DNA from: an uncultured virus (IMG/VR IMGVR_UViG_3300042292_001068) | Taxonomy: Duplodnaviria; Heunggongvirae; Uroviricota; Caudoviricetes | Direction: 5' to 3' (one strand) | Virus record (IMG/VR): IMGVR_UViG_3300042292_001068 | Length of the DNA stretch: 64,000 bases | Part shown: piece after piece, positions 48,448 to 58,044 of the stretch | Layout of the letters: every line of letters begins with the position of its first letter | Position numbering within the stretch: the first letter of the stretch is position 1 | The notes under the pieces: model-generated | Database searches by the model: none | What the model was told of the DNA's origin: nothing | Seen by the model: only the letters and a program-made list of their open reading frames with translations | Translations under genes and position numbers: made by a program

Positions 48448-49263
48448 ATGTACGATAGACGAGAACCGATATTAATGTGTGCCACAGGCAAAAAGGGGGT
48501 AGGTAAAACCTATACCACTATGAACCTTATTAAATCCTATATCAAGGGAAATAAAAAAACAGGTAAAAAGGCACGAAAGGTATTGATTTACGATATTAAT
48601 ATGGAGTACACGGATTTTAAAGCAATTTCTGTAAAAGATATTCCAAACTTTACAAGACAATCTAAAATTGAGGTTAGGCGTGTTCTTCCTATTTTGGATA
48701 ACGGCAAAATGGCAACCCTATCTGATATGCTTGTTATTCTTAATCAAATCATTGAAAATTTTAGAGGTGGTATGTTAATTCTTGAAGATATTAACCGATA
48801 CCTTATTGCTTCTAAAACAACTGATGTAATTGGTTTATTGGCTACCAATCGGCACAGGGATTTAGATATTATTTGCCATTTCCAATCATTATCGGCACTT
48901 GACCCCCGAATGTGGCAAAATACAACCTTTGTTCGTTTCCATTATCAAATTGATGATGTTAAAAGATACGCACAAAGATTGCCTAATTTTGAAATGTTTA
49001 AAATTGCTCAATGTTTGGTTGAATACAAATATCTTAAAAAAGGTGATAAACGATTTTACTGCTATATCGCTTGTGATGAAAATTATATTACAGGTAATTA
49101 TACCAAATTAGATTTTCAAATTGCTTGTGAATCATTCCTTGAAAAGAACTCCAAATATGTTAATGACTATCAGAAAAAATTCGGTAGTGGAATTGAATCA
49201 AGAAATAAAGCAATTAAATTTTTAATTAAAGATTTACAAGAAAAATATTATAAAGGAATTTAA
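48448..49263 (+). CDS. FtsK/HerA-superfamily (A32/P9-like) genome packaging ATPase
   Basis: Walker A TGKKGVGKT at the N-terminus, Walker B LILED, RHRDLDIICHFQ arginine-finger/Q motif, about 270 aa, no nuclease domain. Confidence 0.75.
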   Translation: MYDRREPILMCATGKKGVGKTYTTMNLIKSYIKGNKKTGKKARKVLIYDINMEYTDFKAISVKDIPNFTRQSKIEVRRVLPILDNGKMATLSDMLVILNQIIENFRGGMLILEDINRYLIASKTTDVIGLLATNRHRDLDIICHFQSLSALDPRMWQNTTFVRFHYQIDDVKRYAQRLPNFEMFKIAQCLVEYKYLKKGDKRFYCYIACDENYITGNYTKLDFQIACESFLEKNSKYVNDYQKKFGSGIESRNKAIKFLIKDLQEKYYKGI

Positions 49264-49264
49264 T

Positions 49265-49963
49265 ATGAGTGAAAAATATAAAATACTATTTAAGTATGCT
49301 TCGAGGTCAAGAACTCAAAAGTTTTTTGGTGGATTAGATAATATAATAAATAATCTTGGCGACTTGAATAATTTCTGCATTTTGGTTTCATTAGATGTTG
49401 ATGATTTGACAATGAATAATCCTTCAACAATTCAAAAATTAACTGAATATGTTCAGAAATATCCCGAAAAAATAATTATTAAGTTCGGACATTCAAAAAG
49501 TAAAATTGATGCTATAAATCGTGATGTAAACGATATTAAAGATAAATTCAATTTTGATATTCTTGTAAATTTTTCAGATGATATGGAGTTTATTCAACAT
49601 TCATTTGACGAAACTATTAGAAATAAGTTTTTTGTTCACTATCCCGACACAGATGGAAACATTTATTTTAATGATGGATTTGTTGGAGATAGAATTAGCA
49701 CAATGAGTATTATCGGAAGAAAATACTACGATAAATTCAATTACATTTATCATCCAAGTTATCATTCTCTTTGGTGCGATAATGAATATACAGAGGTCGC
49801 TAAAAGAAATCAAAAACTTTTGTATTTCCACGAAAACATATTTAAACACAATCATCCTGCTAATATAGGTGGCTTTATGGATGAACAATTAATTAAAACA
49901 GAAAGTTTTTCTGAAATTGATAGACAGAATTACGAAAAACGATTTAATAATAATTTTCAATAA
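49265..49963 (+). CDS. Glycosyltransferase (GT-A/GT2-like)
   Basis: SRSR, FSDDM, WCDNE, HNHP. Confidence 0.75.
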   Translation: MSEKYKILFKYASRSRTQKFFGGLDNIINNLGDLNNFCILVSLDVDDLTMNNPSTIQKLTEYVQKYPEKIIIKFGHSKSKIDAINRDVNDIKDKFNFDILVNFSDDMEFIQHSFDETIRNKFFVHYPDTDGNIYFNDGFVGDRISTMSIIGRKYYDKFNYIYHPSYHSLWCDNEYTEVAKRNQKLLYFHENIFKHNHPANIGGFMDEQLIKTESFSEIDRQNYEKRFNNNFQ

Positions 49964-50592
49964 TGTATTACGGACAAAACAAAGAAGATGAAGTAATTAA
50001 TAATTTAATTGTTTCAAAATATGGTGCAGATTTTAAGGGTACTATTTTAGAATTGGGTGCTAATGATGGGGTTACATTAAGTAATTCAAGATTCTTCATA
50101 GAAAATGGATGGAATGGAGTTTTAATTGAAGCAGGTAAGCAATCTTATGAAAGATTAATTAATAATTCAATAGCAAAAACACTTGCCATAAATTGTGCAA
50201 TAGGAACACAAGATGGATTCCTTAATTTTTATGAAAGCAACAATTTGTTAAATTCAGAAGATGTAGGACTTGTTTCTTCGTTAGTTGCGGATGAAACCCA
50301 AAGATGGAGAAATGCAGGTATTGGATTTACCGAATATATTGTTGAATGTTATACTTGGCAAAGTTTCTTAAATAAGTTTCATCTGAATAGTCAAAATTTT
50401 GACATTATCAGTATAGACATTGAAGGAATGGATTACGATGTTTTAATTCAAATGAATTTAACAGAATTAGATTGTAAAGTTCTTTGTGTTGAATTTAATG
50501 GAAAGGATATGCAGAAGTATGTTGATTATGCACAACTTCACGGAATGATACTTCATCACCAAAATCCCGAAAACTTAATTTTCCTAAAATGA
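49963..50592 (+). CDS. FkbM-family methyltransferase
   Basis: YGQNKED, LELGANDG..SNS, GVLIEA, ISIDIEGMD. Confidence 0.9.
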   Translation: MYYGQNKEDEVINNLIVSKYGADFKGTILELGANDGVTLSNSRFFIENGWNGVLIEAGKQSYERLINNSIAKTLAINCAIGTQDGFLNFYESNNLLNSEDVGLVSSLVADETQRWRNAGIGFTEYIVECYTWQSFLNKFHLNSQNFDIISIDIEGMDYDVLIQMNLTELDCKVLCVEFNGKDMQKYVDYAQLHGMILHHQNPENLIFLK

Positions 50593-51266
50593 AACATTGT
50601 ATAGTAAACTTTTCAGATTATAAATTTCAATTAGGTCAAGAACGACTGAAAAAATCTTTAATGCAATATAGTTATCAAGGTGATGTTTTGCTATTTAATG
50701 AATTTAGTCAAGTGGGTTCAAAAGTGCATTTAGAAGTTCCTTATCAGTTTAAGGTATATGCTATTGAGAAAGCAAGGCAAATGGGTTATGATATTGTTTT
50801 ATATTGTGATGCTTCACTTTATCCAATAAGGGAAGTAATGCCTGTTATTAACCATATTATTGATAAAGGTTATTTAATGGAATATTGTGGATTTAGCGTA
50901 GGTCAATTTTCAACTGACTTATGTTTACAACAATTTAATTTAACAAGGAATGAAGCGATGAATATTCCATTACATTCAGCAGGATTTACAGGATTAAACT
51001 TTCAGAATGAATTGGCAACTAAATTTTTTGATAAATGGTTTCAATCTGCACAAGAAGAAATAACATTTAAAGGTGATTGGAATAATAATTCAAAACAATG
51101 TTCACAAGATGATAGATGTTTAGGTCATAGACACGACCAAACAACGGCATCTATAATTTCGTATCAGTTGGGAATTGAAAGAACAAATCCATATTTTATG
51201 CAATATGCTTACGATGGAGTTGAAACAAAAGAAAGTACAATTTTTAATTGCAGAGGAATCTGCTAA
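50589..51266 (+). CDS. Putative nucleotide-diphospho-sugar transferase
   Basis: FKVYAI, LYCDAS, HRHDQT motifs. Confidence 0.65.
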   Translation: MKHCIVNFSDYKFQLGQERLKKSLMQYSYQGDVLLFNEFSQVGSKVHLEVPYQFKVYAIEKARQMGYDIVLYCDASLYPIREVMPVINHIIDKGYLMEYCGFSVGQFSTDLCLQQFNLTRNEAMNIPLHSAGFTGLNFQNELATKFFDKWFQSAQEEITFKGDWNNNSKQCSQDDRCLGHRHDQTTASIISYQLGIERTNPYFMQYAYDGVETKESTIFNCRGIC

Positions 51267-51277
51267 ACACAAAATTT

Positions 51278-51892
51278 ATGGCAAAGAAAAATAATTATAC
51301 AAAAAAAGATTTTTTAAAATTTTGGGGGGAAACAGGTTATGTTGAAACTTGGGATGGTCATCAGTATAATTGGTCAAAAGAAATTAAAGATTTAGTATTA
51401 AATGAAATAGGTACTGAAAAGGATAAAGTTGTTTTAGAGATTGGTTGTGGTGCAGGATATTGGACTAAATTCCTTTGCGAAAATTCAAAAAATGTTACTG
51501 CAATAGATTTAATACCTAATGCACCATTTGAATTAGATAATTTCACTTACATAGAAAATAAAGATATGCAATTTGATTGCAAATCATTACAAGACGAAAG
51601 TATTGATTTTGCATTTTCTTTTGGTGTCTTTTGCCATTTATCATCAAGTGCTTGTGAATCATATTTAAAAGATATTTTGCGTGTTCTTAAAAAGGGTGGA
51701 ACGGCAATTCTTATGTATTCAGATGATAAAGGATTACAGGATTTCTATAAAGACGATAGTTTTAGTGCATCAAGAATTTATGGTGAGTTTAATGATTATT
51801 TTGATTTTATGCCTATCCTTAAAAAATACGATTCGGATTGTAATAGAATATTAGAATTTAGAGATTTATTAGTATTAATAACAAAGAAATAA
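51278..51892 (+). CDS. Class I SAM-dependent methyltransferase
   Basis: VLEIGCGAG, IDFAFS..VFCH, RVLKKGG; ATG 51278. Confidence 0.9.
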   Translation: MAKKNNYTKKDFLKFWGETGYVETWDGHQYNWSKEIKDLVLNEIGTEKDKVVLEIGCGAGYWTKFLCENSKNVTAIDLIPNAPFELDNFTYIENKDMQFDCKSLQDESIDFAFSFGVFCHLSSSACESYLKDILRVLKKGGTAILMYSDDKGLQDFYKDDSFSASRIYGEFNDYFDFMPILKKYDSDCNRILEFRDLLVLITKK

Positions 51893-51897
51893 AAAAA

Positions 51898-52572
51898 ATG
51901 AATGATTCACAATTATTGGACATAATAGCAGGTGCTTTATATTCCACAAAAGAAACTCAAATGAATAGTTATAATTTGGGTAAATATGTAGTAGAAAATA
52001 ATATTGAAGGGGATATTATTGAATGTGGTGTTGCTATGGCAGGTAATTTTGCTACAATGATTTTAGGTGCTACATCTTTGCCAAAAGGAGAAAGAAGAAA
52101 GTTTTGGGGTTTTGATAGTTTTGAAGGAATACAATTAGCAGGTAAAAAAGATACTCAACAAGCAGGTATTGGTGCAATTACTCATAATACAGATGTTCCT
52201 TATGAAGAATTATTAGTATCAAGTGGTATTACATCACATTCCAAGCAACAAGTACAAAATAACTTGAATAATTGGGGTTTGAATAAATACAATATTGAAC
52301 TTGTTGAGGGTTGGGTACAAAATTCAATTCCATTAGTAAATGATAGAATTGGAAAAATTGCTATTCTTCGATTAGATATGGATGTTTATCACCCGACTAT
52401 TTACACGCTTAATATGTGGTGGGATAAAATTTCAGATGGTGGTATTGTAATCATTGATGATTGGGCATTAGATGGAGTTAGAACGGCTTGTTACGAGTTT
52501 TTTGAAGAAAAGGGTATTAATCCCGAAATTCATACGATAGAAAATTCAACACCAACATATTTTTTCAAATAA
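51898..52572 (+). CDS. TylF/MycF-like sugar O-methyltransferase
   Basis: GDIIECGV, FDSFEG, LVEGW, ILRLDMDVY, GGIVIIDDW. Confidence 0.9.
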   Translation: MNDSQLLDIIAGALYSTKETQMNSYNLGKYVVENNIEGDIIECGVAMAGNFATMILGATSLPKGERRKFWGFDSFEGIQLAGKKDTQQAGIGAITHNTDVPYEELLVSSGITSHSKQQVQNNLNNWGLNKYNIELVEGWVQNSIPLVNDRIGKIAILRLDMDVYHPTIYTLNMWWDKISDGGIVIIDDWALDGVRTACYEFFEEKGINPEIHTIENSTPTYFFK

Positions 52573-52573
52573 T

Positions 52574-53233
52574 ATGACTGAACCACAATTAAGCATTTTG
52601 ATTCCTTGCATACCTTCTCGTTTTGACAAGGCGAAAAAACTAATTAAAAAATTAGAGAAAAAGATTGCAGGAAAAAACATTGAAATTGTCTGTTTAATTG
52701 ACAATAAAGTAAAAAGTATTGGCGAAAAAAGAGATAATTTAGTTCAAATTTGCAACGGAAAATACTTTATGTTCGTTGATGATGATGATGATATTGAGAA
52801 TTTGGATGATGTTTATGAAAGAACATTTTTAGATGTTGATGTAATTACTTCAAAAAGTGAATGTAGAAATTCTAATGGTTCTAAATTTATTGTTACCCAT
52901 AATTTAGGTAACGAAATTGAGCATAAAAACGATGGTGAGGGTAATTATATTGATTGTTTAAGACCACCATTTCATATTAACGCTTGGCATAAAAAATATA
53001 AGGAGTTTCATTTTCCTTTTGTGAATTATGGTGAAGATTGGGGTTGGTTAAAGCAATTTGTTTATTCAGCAGAAACGGAATCATTTATTGATAAAATAGT
53101 TTACAAATATAACTTTGACCCTGCGATTACAGAAGCGAGTACAGAAAGTAATTCCGAATGGAAAAATCCTAACGAAGTTGTTGAAGTAGTTGAAATTGAA
53201 ACAGAAGAAAAAAATAAATATGAACAAGAATAA
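52574..53233 (+). CDS. Glycosyltransferase family 2
   Basis: LSILIP, GEKR, FVDDDD, GEDW. Confidence 0.85.
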   Translation: MTEPQLSILIPCIPSRFDKAKKLIKKLEKKIAGKNIEIVCLIDNKVKSIGEKRDNLVQICNGKYFMFVDDDDDIENLDDVYERTFLDVDVITSKSECRNSNGSKFIVTHNLGNEIEHKNDGEGNYIDCLRPPFHINAWHKKYKEFHFPFVNYGEDWGWLKQFVYSAETESFIDKIVYKYNFDPAITEASTESNSEWKNPNEVVEVVEIETEEKNKYEQE

Positions 53234-53762
53234 AGAAATTTTCGGTTGGTTTAATTTTGATGATATTTATACCGATGCAGTAAATAATGCAAAAGATGGT
53301 TCTAATTTTTTGGAAATTGGTTGTTTTTTTGGAAAATCAACCGAATTTTTGTGTAGAAAAATTAAAGAAAGTGGAAAAGACATAAATGTTTATGTAGTAG
53401 ATGTTTTTTTAACTGAATATCCACTTTATGTAGAAATATTACAGGGCAGAAGTATGCTTGATATATTCAAAGATAATTTATATGAGTATAATGATATTTT
53501 GAAAATATATCAAGGCAAAAGTTGTGATTTACATCAAAATTTTAAGGATAGTTTTTTTGATATGATTTTTATAGATGGCGACCACGACTATATGGGCGTA
53601 AAAAACGACTTAATAAATTACTTTCCTAAATTAAAAAAAGGTGGGATTTTCGCAGGACACGATTACACGGAAGATTGTGGAGTTCCAATAGCAGTAGATG
53701 AATTTTCAACTGAAAATAATCTTAAAATAAATGTTTCCCGAACATCGTGGATTTTGAGTTAA
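53220..53762 (+). CDS. Class I SAM-dependent methyltransferase (Methyltransf_24-like)
   Basis: LEIGCFFGKS, IFIDGDHDY, GGIFAGHDY; ATG 53220. Confidence 0.9.
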   Translation: MNKNKEIFGWFNFDDIYTDAVNNAKDGSNFLEIGCFFGKSTEFLCRKIKESGKDINVYVVDVFLTEYPLYVEILQGRSMLDIFKDNLYEYNDILKIYQGKSCDLHQNFKDSFFDMIFIDGDHDYMGVKNDLINYFPKLKKGGIFAGHDYTEDCGVPIAVDEFSTENNLKINVSRTSWILS

Positions 53763-53779
53763 TAAATAAAATAAAAAAT

Positions 53780-54385
53780 ATGTTTGATATTACACTTTAC
53801 AATGATGAATTTTTTCTTTGGCATCTAACTTACGCAAGAGAATATTCAATTAAAACAATGGATTGGTACATAGATACCTTCAAACCAAATTCTGTTGTTG
53901 ATTTTGGTTGTGGTATTGGTTCTTATCTTGAATCTTGTTACAATAAAAATATTCCAAATTATAAAGGTTACGACATTGGTGGAGAATATGCTAAAAAATA
54001 TACTCCTGCCTTTTTACATAATAATATTGAGTATTTAGATTGCACTAAACCAATTAAAACTACACAAAAATATGATTGTGTAATTACATTTGAAACAATA
54101 GAACATATTGAGCCAAGTGGAACAGATGTATTTATTAAGAATTTAATAGATGCTACTGATTTAGAAAATGGTAAAATATTATTTACAGGTGCAACGCCCG
54201 ACCAAGATGGGTGTGGTCATATAAATTGTAAAGAAAAAGAAGATTGGATAAAAGAATTTGATAAGCATAATTTTATTGTTGATTTTGAACTTACTGAATT
54301 TGTAAAAAATAATTGGAGTAATTTGAATGTTGGTTGCCCTAATTATATATTAAACAATTTACTTGTCTTAAAATACAGAAAGTAA
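53780..54385 (+). CDS. Class I SAM-dependent methyltransferase
   Basis: VVDFGCGIG, FETIEHI, GHIN; start 53747 or 53780. Confidence 0.85.
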   Translation: MFDITLYNDEFFLWHLTYAREYSIKTMDWYIDTFKPNSVVDFGCGIGSYLESCYNKNIPNYKGYDIGGEYAKKYTPAFLHNNIEYLDCTKPIKTTQKYDCVITFETIEHIEPSGTDVFIKNLIDATDLENGKILFTGATPDQDGCGHINCKEKEDWIKEFDKHNFIVDFELTEFVKNNWSNLNVGCPNYILNNLLVLKYRK

Positions 54386-54978
54386 TGAAAGAATTATCAA
54401 TATTAATTTTAACATTACCAACGAGAATTGATTCGTATGCTACATTAATAAAATCGCTTAATCAACAAGTAATTGAAAATAATTTAATAAATAGAGTTCA
54501 AATACTTACATTATGTGATACAAAAGAAATTAGCGTTGGAGAAAAAAGAAATATACTGCTAAATAAAAGTTGTGGTAGATATGTTTGCTTCATTGATGAT
54601 GATGATGTGATAGCACCAAATTATTTAATCAAAATAATTTCAGCATTAAGTAGTAATGCAGATGTTGTTACTTTTTGTGGCGACTATATGGAAAATAGCA
54701 TAAGAACTGAATTTTCAATAAGTATGGTTCACAGGGGTAACTTCAATCATCCGAATATGTTTTATCGTTTACCAAATCATTTATGTCCTGTTAAAAGAGA
54801 AATAGCATTGAGTTGTCAATTTACAGATAAGAATTATGGTGAAGATTCCGATTACGCAGATAAAATAAATCAATATATTAAAAATGAATTTCATATTCAA
54901 GACAAGTTGTATTTTTATATGTACGATTCAAATACATCCCAAACCAAACCAAATAACACTTTGAACGCCTTTAATTAG
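54385..54978 (+). CDS. Glycosyltransferase family 2
   Basis: LSILIL, GEKRN, FIDDDD, GEDSDY; paralogous to 52574..53233. Confidence 0.85.
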   Translation: MKELSILILTLPTRIDSYATLIKSLNQQVIENNLINRVQILTLCDTKEISVGEKRNILLNKSCGRYVCFIDDDDVIAPNYLIKIISALSSNADVVTFCGDYMENSIRTEFSISMVHRGNFNHPNMFYRLPNHLCPVKREIALSCQFTDKNYGEDSDYADKINQYIKNEFHIQDKLYFYMYDSNTSQTKPNNTLNAFN

Positions 54979-54990
54979 GAAAATTTTTAT

Positions 54991-54998
54991 TAAATTTG
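54991..54998 (+). promoter_or_regulatory. Bacteroidota-type -7 promoter box TAAATTTG
   Basis: TAnnTTTG upstream of ATG 55014. Confidence 0.55.
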
Positions 54999-55013
54999 TA
55001 TAAATAATATAGT

Positions 55014-55496
55014 ATGGAAAACGAGCATAAAGAAAGAGTTGCTATGGCAACGGAAGTAGGTAGATTGCTTCCCGAAACGAAAGAAAAAGTTTACTTCTAT
55101 TCAGAGGTAATTGAAGCAGAGAAAACCTTAATTGACGAATATCAAAAAAGACAATCAAGTTTTTTTGTTTCTAAAATTCAAAAAGCAAAAGACCGAGTTG
55201 AAATCATTAGATTGAGAAACGGCTTAATCCAAAAGGAAAGAGTTTACAATTCATATTTGGAAAGAAAAGATAAGTACGAAAGTTGGTTAGATGAAATGGC
55301 TATTGAGGTTGAGAACAATCTTCAAGAAACAATGAATCGTGCAAAAGAAATTTCAACAAACATTCGCCTTCACGATGGTATTAAAAAGTTTGAATCATTA
55401 ATGGATGTAAATACCTTGCAAGACAAAGTGGAATTTTATTTATTTTTGAAACAAGAAATTCTTAATAATGAGAAATTCGCCAAGAAAAAGAAATAG
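55014..55496 (+). CDS. Coiled-coil hypothetical protein
   Basis: 160 aa helical, charged ORF. Confidence 0.65.
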   Translation: MENEHKERVAMATEVGRLLPETKEKVYFYSEVIEAEKTLIDEYQKRQSSFFVSKIQKAKDRVEIIRLRNGLIQKERVYNSYLERKDKYESWLDEMAIEVENNLQETMNRAKEISTNIRLHDGIKKFESLMDVNTLQDKVEFYLFLKQEILNNEKFAKKKK

Positions 55497-55523
55497 ACCA
55501 CAATTAAATAGTTAAAAAAAAAG

Positions 55524-55548
55524 AGGGGCATTACGCCCCTTTTCTTTT
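55524..55548. terminator. Bidirectional intrinsic terminator
   Basis: AGGGGC-ATTAC-GCCCCT stem with A-run before and T-run after, between convergent genes. Confidence 0.8.
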
Positions 55549-56173
55549 ATCTATCAATTTGATTTGGAATATGACAAATGATATAAGTACCACCATATAT
55601 TTTATCTTTCTTGTCCGACCATTTAATTAGCCGTTCAATGAATTTATAATCGTGTCCATAACCATCACATTTATCCCAATTTAAGTTTTTACTTTTTTTA
55701 TGAATAATACTTGATGTTCCTATTGAATCTTTTTTCAATTCAACTCTTTTAGTAATTAGACCTGCATCTGTATTTAGAAAGTCATTAAAATATGCCCAAT
55801 CTAAATCTTGTGATTTTACTTGATTGTAAATTGAAAGTAAATGTCCTTTACCAAGAAGGTCATCAGTATCTAAATATGAAATATATTCACCCGATGCTAA
55901 TTCAATTCCCTTACTACGCAAAGAACCCGAAAATAGTTTTTGTTTCTTACTGAACTGAAAGAATTTAATTATACCTATATTCAATTCGTGGTGAAAATAA
56001 TCTTTTAATACTTCTTCTGTTTTATCACAACAATCTCCAACCACAATTAATTCTTTATCATAAAAAGAGTTTTCCAAGAAACTATGAACGGCACGAATGA
56101 ATTTATTTTCTCTATCGGAAGCACATCCTTCATACTCTCCAAGAAAAGATGGCATAATAACACTTAATTTCAT
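55547..56173 (-). CDS. Glycosyltransferase family 2
   Basis: LSVIMPS, GEYISYLDTDD, GHD. Confidence 0.85.
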   Translation of the reverse strand: MKLSVIMPSFLGEYEGCASDRENKFIRAVHSFLENSFYDKELIVVGDCCDKTEEVLKDYFHHELNIGIIKFFQFSKKQKLFSGSLRSKGIELASGEYISYLDTDDLLGKGHLLSIYNQVKSQDLDWAYFNDFLNTDAGLITKRVELKKDSIGTSSIIHKKSKNLNWDKCDGYGHDYKFIERLIKWSDKKDKIYGGTYIICHIPNQIDR

Positions 56174-56880
56174 ATTCTTACCATTGTTTGATTATCGTGC
56201 TTACAATAAATTGAAGTATCAACAAAAACAGGTATTTGTTTTGCATCTAAATCTGCGTAGTAAAATGAATCGGGATGCACAGGTGAACCTTCTTCATATC
56301 GGAAACCAACTTGCTTTAAAACTGAACGATGAATTAATACACAACCTAATCCACAGGAAAAAACTCTTTTTACTTCACCATCTACAAAATCAATATCGTT
56401 TTCATCTAAATTATATGTTTCACGGAGTTCATTTCCAAATTCTTCAATCTTCTGAATCATTAATGTACTTCTTGCACCAACTTCAATATGATACATAGCA
56501 CCAACAACTTTTTGTTTTGCATCTAATAATCTTTCAATTACATCGGCAGGTGGAAAAATATCTGTTTCAAGGTGTAATAAGTAATCGAAATCATTTTCAA
56601 GTGCATACAATCTGCATTTTTCGTGTGATTTAGCCAATATACTTTTATAGGTAAGATTAAATTGTTCAAATTGTGATGGTGTAACACGACCAACATTAAA
56701 AGAATTACCTAAATGTTCATACCTTTTTTTAATATCAATATAGTAATCTCTCGTTGTACTATTATCACAAAGGAATAATTCACAATTTTCATAGGTGAAT
56801 TTAGATACATTTTCCATCCATTCATCAAAACAATAGTCCTTAATATCAGCAGTAGGACTTGCTATTAAAATTTTTTTCAT
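56170..56880 (-). CDS. Glycosyltransferase (GT-A-like)
   Basis: ILIASP, YLLHLETD, GLGCVLIHRSVL, HPDSF. Confidence 0.8.
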   Translation of the reverse strand: MKKILIASPTADIKDYCFDEWMENVSKFTYENCELFLCDNSTTRDYYIDIKKRYEHLGNSFNVGRVTPSQFEQFNLTYKSILAKSHEKCRLYALENDFDYLLHLETDIFPPADVIERLLDAKQKVVGAMYHIEVGARSTLMIQKIEEFGNELRETYNLDENDIDFVDGEVKRVFSCGLGCVLIHRSVLKQVGFRYEEGSPVHPDSFYYADLDAKQIPVFVDTSIYCKHDNQTMVRI

Positions 56881-56887
56881 CTTTTTT

Positions 56888-56966
56888 CATTTATTATTGA
56901 CAACGAAGGTACTCAATAAAATCAACGCATACAAGAAAAAGTTTACAAACCTGTCAATAATAAATG
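56888..56966. promoter_or_regulatory. 15-bp perfect inverted repeat in divergent intergenic region
   Basis: CATTTATTATTGACA (56888-56902) and TGTCAATAATAAATG (56952-56966). Confidence 0.7.
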
Positions 56967-57001
56967 TTATCGGGGATTAGTGGTATATAGAAAAAACATA
57001 A

Positions 57002-57009
57002 TACATTTG
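57002..57009 (+). promoter_or_regulatory. Bacteroidota-type -7 promoter box TACATTTG for structural operon
   Basis: TAnnTTTG 22 nt upstream of ATG 57032. Confidence 0.55.
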
Positions 57010-57031
57010 AATATCAAAAAAAATTATAGAT

Positions 57032-57166
57032 ATGAAAATTTTCAGCAAAGAAATGTTAATTAATGCAGGGATTACACTTGCAGTAGTTATGGTAGGTCTT
57101 TATGTTCACGACAAATTCGTTGCCCCTAAATTGGCTTCGGGTGGTTCAAGTGAAACAGAAGCGTAG
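57032..57166 (+). CDS. Small single-TM protein (44 aa)
   Basis: Read by hand: MKIFSKEMLINAGITLAVVMVGLYVHDKFVAPKLASGGSSETEA. Confidence 0.7.
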   Translation: MKIFSKEMLINAGITLAVVMVGLYVHDKFVAPKLASGGSSETEA

Positions 57167-57187
57167 TATTAATTTTTAAAACCAAAA

Positions 57188-57958
57188 ATGATGAGAAACA
57201 ATTTCAACATTGACAGGTATCTTGATGAAGCCGAAGAAAGATTTTCGGGGTTCTACGGAGATGATTATGACGATTTTATTGGTGATGACTTCGATTTATT
57301 CGAGGGTGAGGATTTAATGGAATATTCTAACGCCACAGGTGGTGGAATTGATATGTTAAAAACTCCTGCACCATACCAAGTTCTTGTGCAAAACACAACG
57401 GCAGGTTCATTGAATTTAGTAATGTTTGGTTACAACCAATTCTTGCTATCTACAAACTTCGGTTCTTCCGTAGGTCTTTCTGTTACACCTGCACAATCGA
57501 ATGTGTCTTATTTGCAGTTGCTTACGCAGTCAGCATCACAACCTTTTGAAACATCGTTAATTCGTGTTCAATCGTCTAATGCCGTGCAAGTAACACAAAT
57601 TATCACGGTAACGGTTACTGATGCAAACGGACAAAGTGCAACTTTGCCAATCATCACACAAAGTTACTTCTCGTCTTACCAACAACAAAGTGGAATTTTG
57701 GATGTGCCTTATAGTGTAAAAATTGACGGCAATACATCTTTAACTTCTACTATTTTGGCTAATACAACGGTTACTTATACTTTCTTCCCTGCTGAAAAAG
57801 TAAATGTAGCAAAAGGATTAGGTGGACAAGGTGCAGTTCAAGTTTACGGAAACCCACAAGTTAATCTTGGTGGAATGACTTTCCCTAAAAAACCTGCTTT
57901 GGTAGGTCGCCCAAAATCAAGAGGTAATCAACCACGCCTTCCAAGACGAGGTTTCTAA
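57188..57958 (+). CDS. Putative major capsid protein (beta-rich, jelly-roll-like) with acidic N-terminal leader and basic C-terminal tail
   Basis: Near start of structural operon; S/T/V/Q-rich beta-strand pattern; distinct codon usage (many TTC/TAC); followed by terminator. Confidence 0.55.
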   Translation: MMRNNFNIDRYLDEAEERFSGFYGDDYDDFIGDDFDLFEGEDLMEYSNATGGGIDMLKTPAPYQVLVQNTTAGSLNLVMFGYNQFLLSTNFGSSVGLSVTPAQSNVSYLQLLTQSASQPFETSLIRVQSSNAVQVTQIITVTVTDANGQSATLPIITQSYFSSYQQQSGILDVPYSVKIDGNTSLTSTILANTTVTYTFFPAEKVNVAKGLGGQGAVQVYGNPQVNLGGMTFPKKPALVGRPKSRGNQPRLPRRGF

Positions 57959-57993
57959 TCAAAAAGATTTATACCGATAATCTATAAATAAGG

Positions 57994-58028
57994 AAAGGCA
58001 GACATTATATGTTTGCCTTTTCTTTTTT
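57994..58028 (+). terminator. Intrinsic terminator after putative capsid gene
   Basis: AAAGGCAGACAT-TAT-ATGTTTGCCTTT followed by T-run. Confidence 0.75.
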
Positions 58029-58044
58029 AAAAAAGACATTACCA

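Noticed and set aside
48448..49263. Terminase large subunit
   Set aside because: Too short, no nuclease domain, and the motifs fit FtsK/HerA-type ATPases
58009..58044. Upstream ATG start of ORF 58009..58482
   Set aside because: Lies inside the terminator hairpin; ATG 58045 is more plausible
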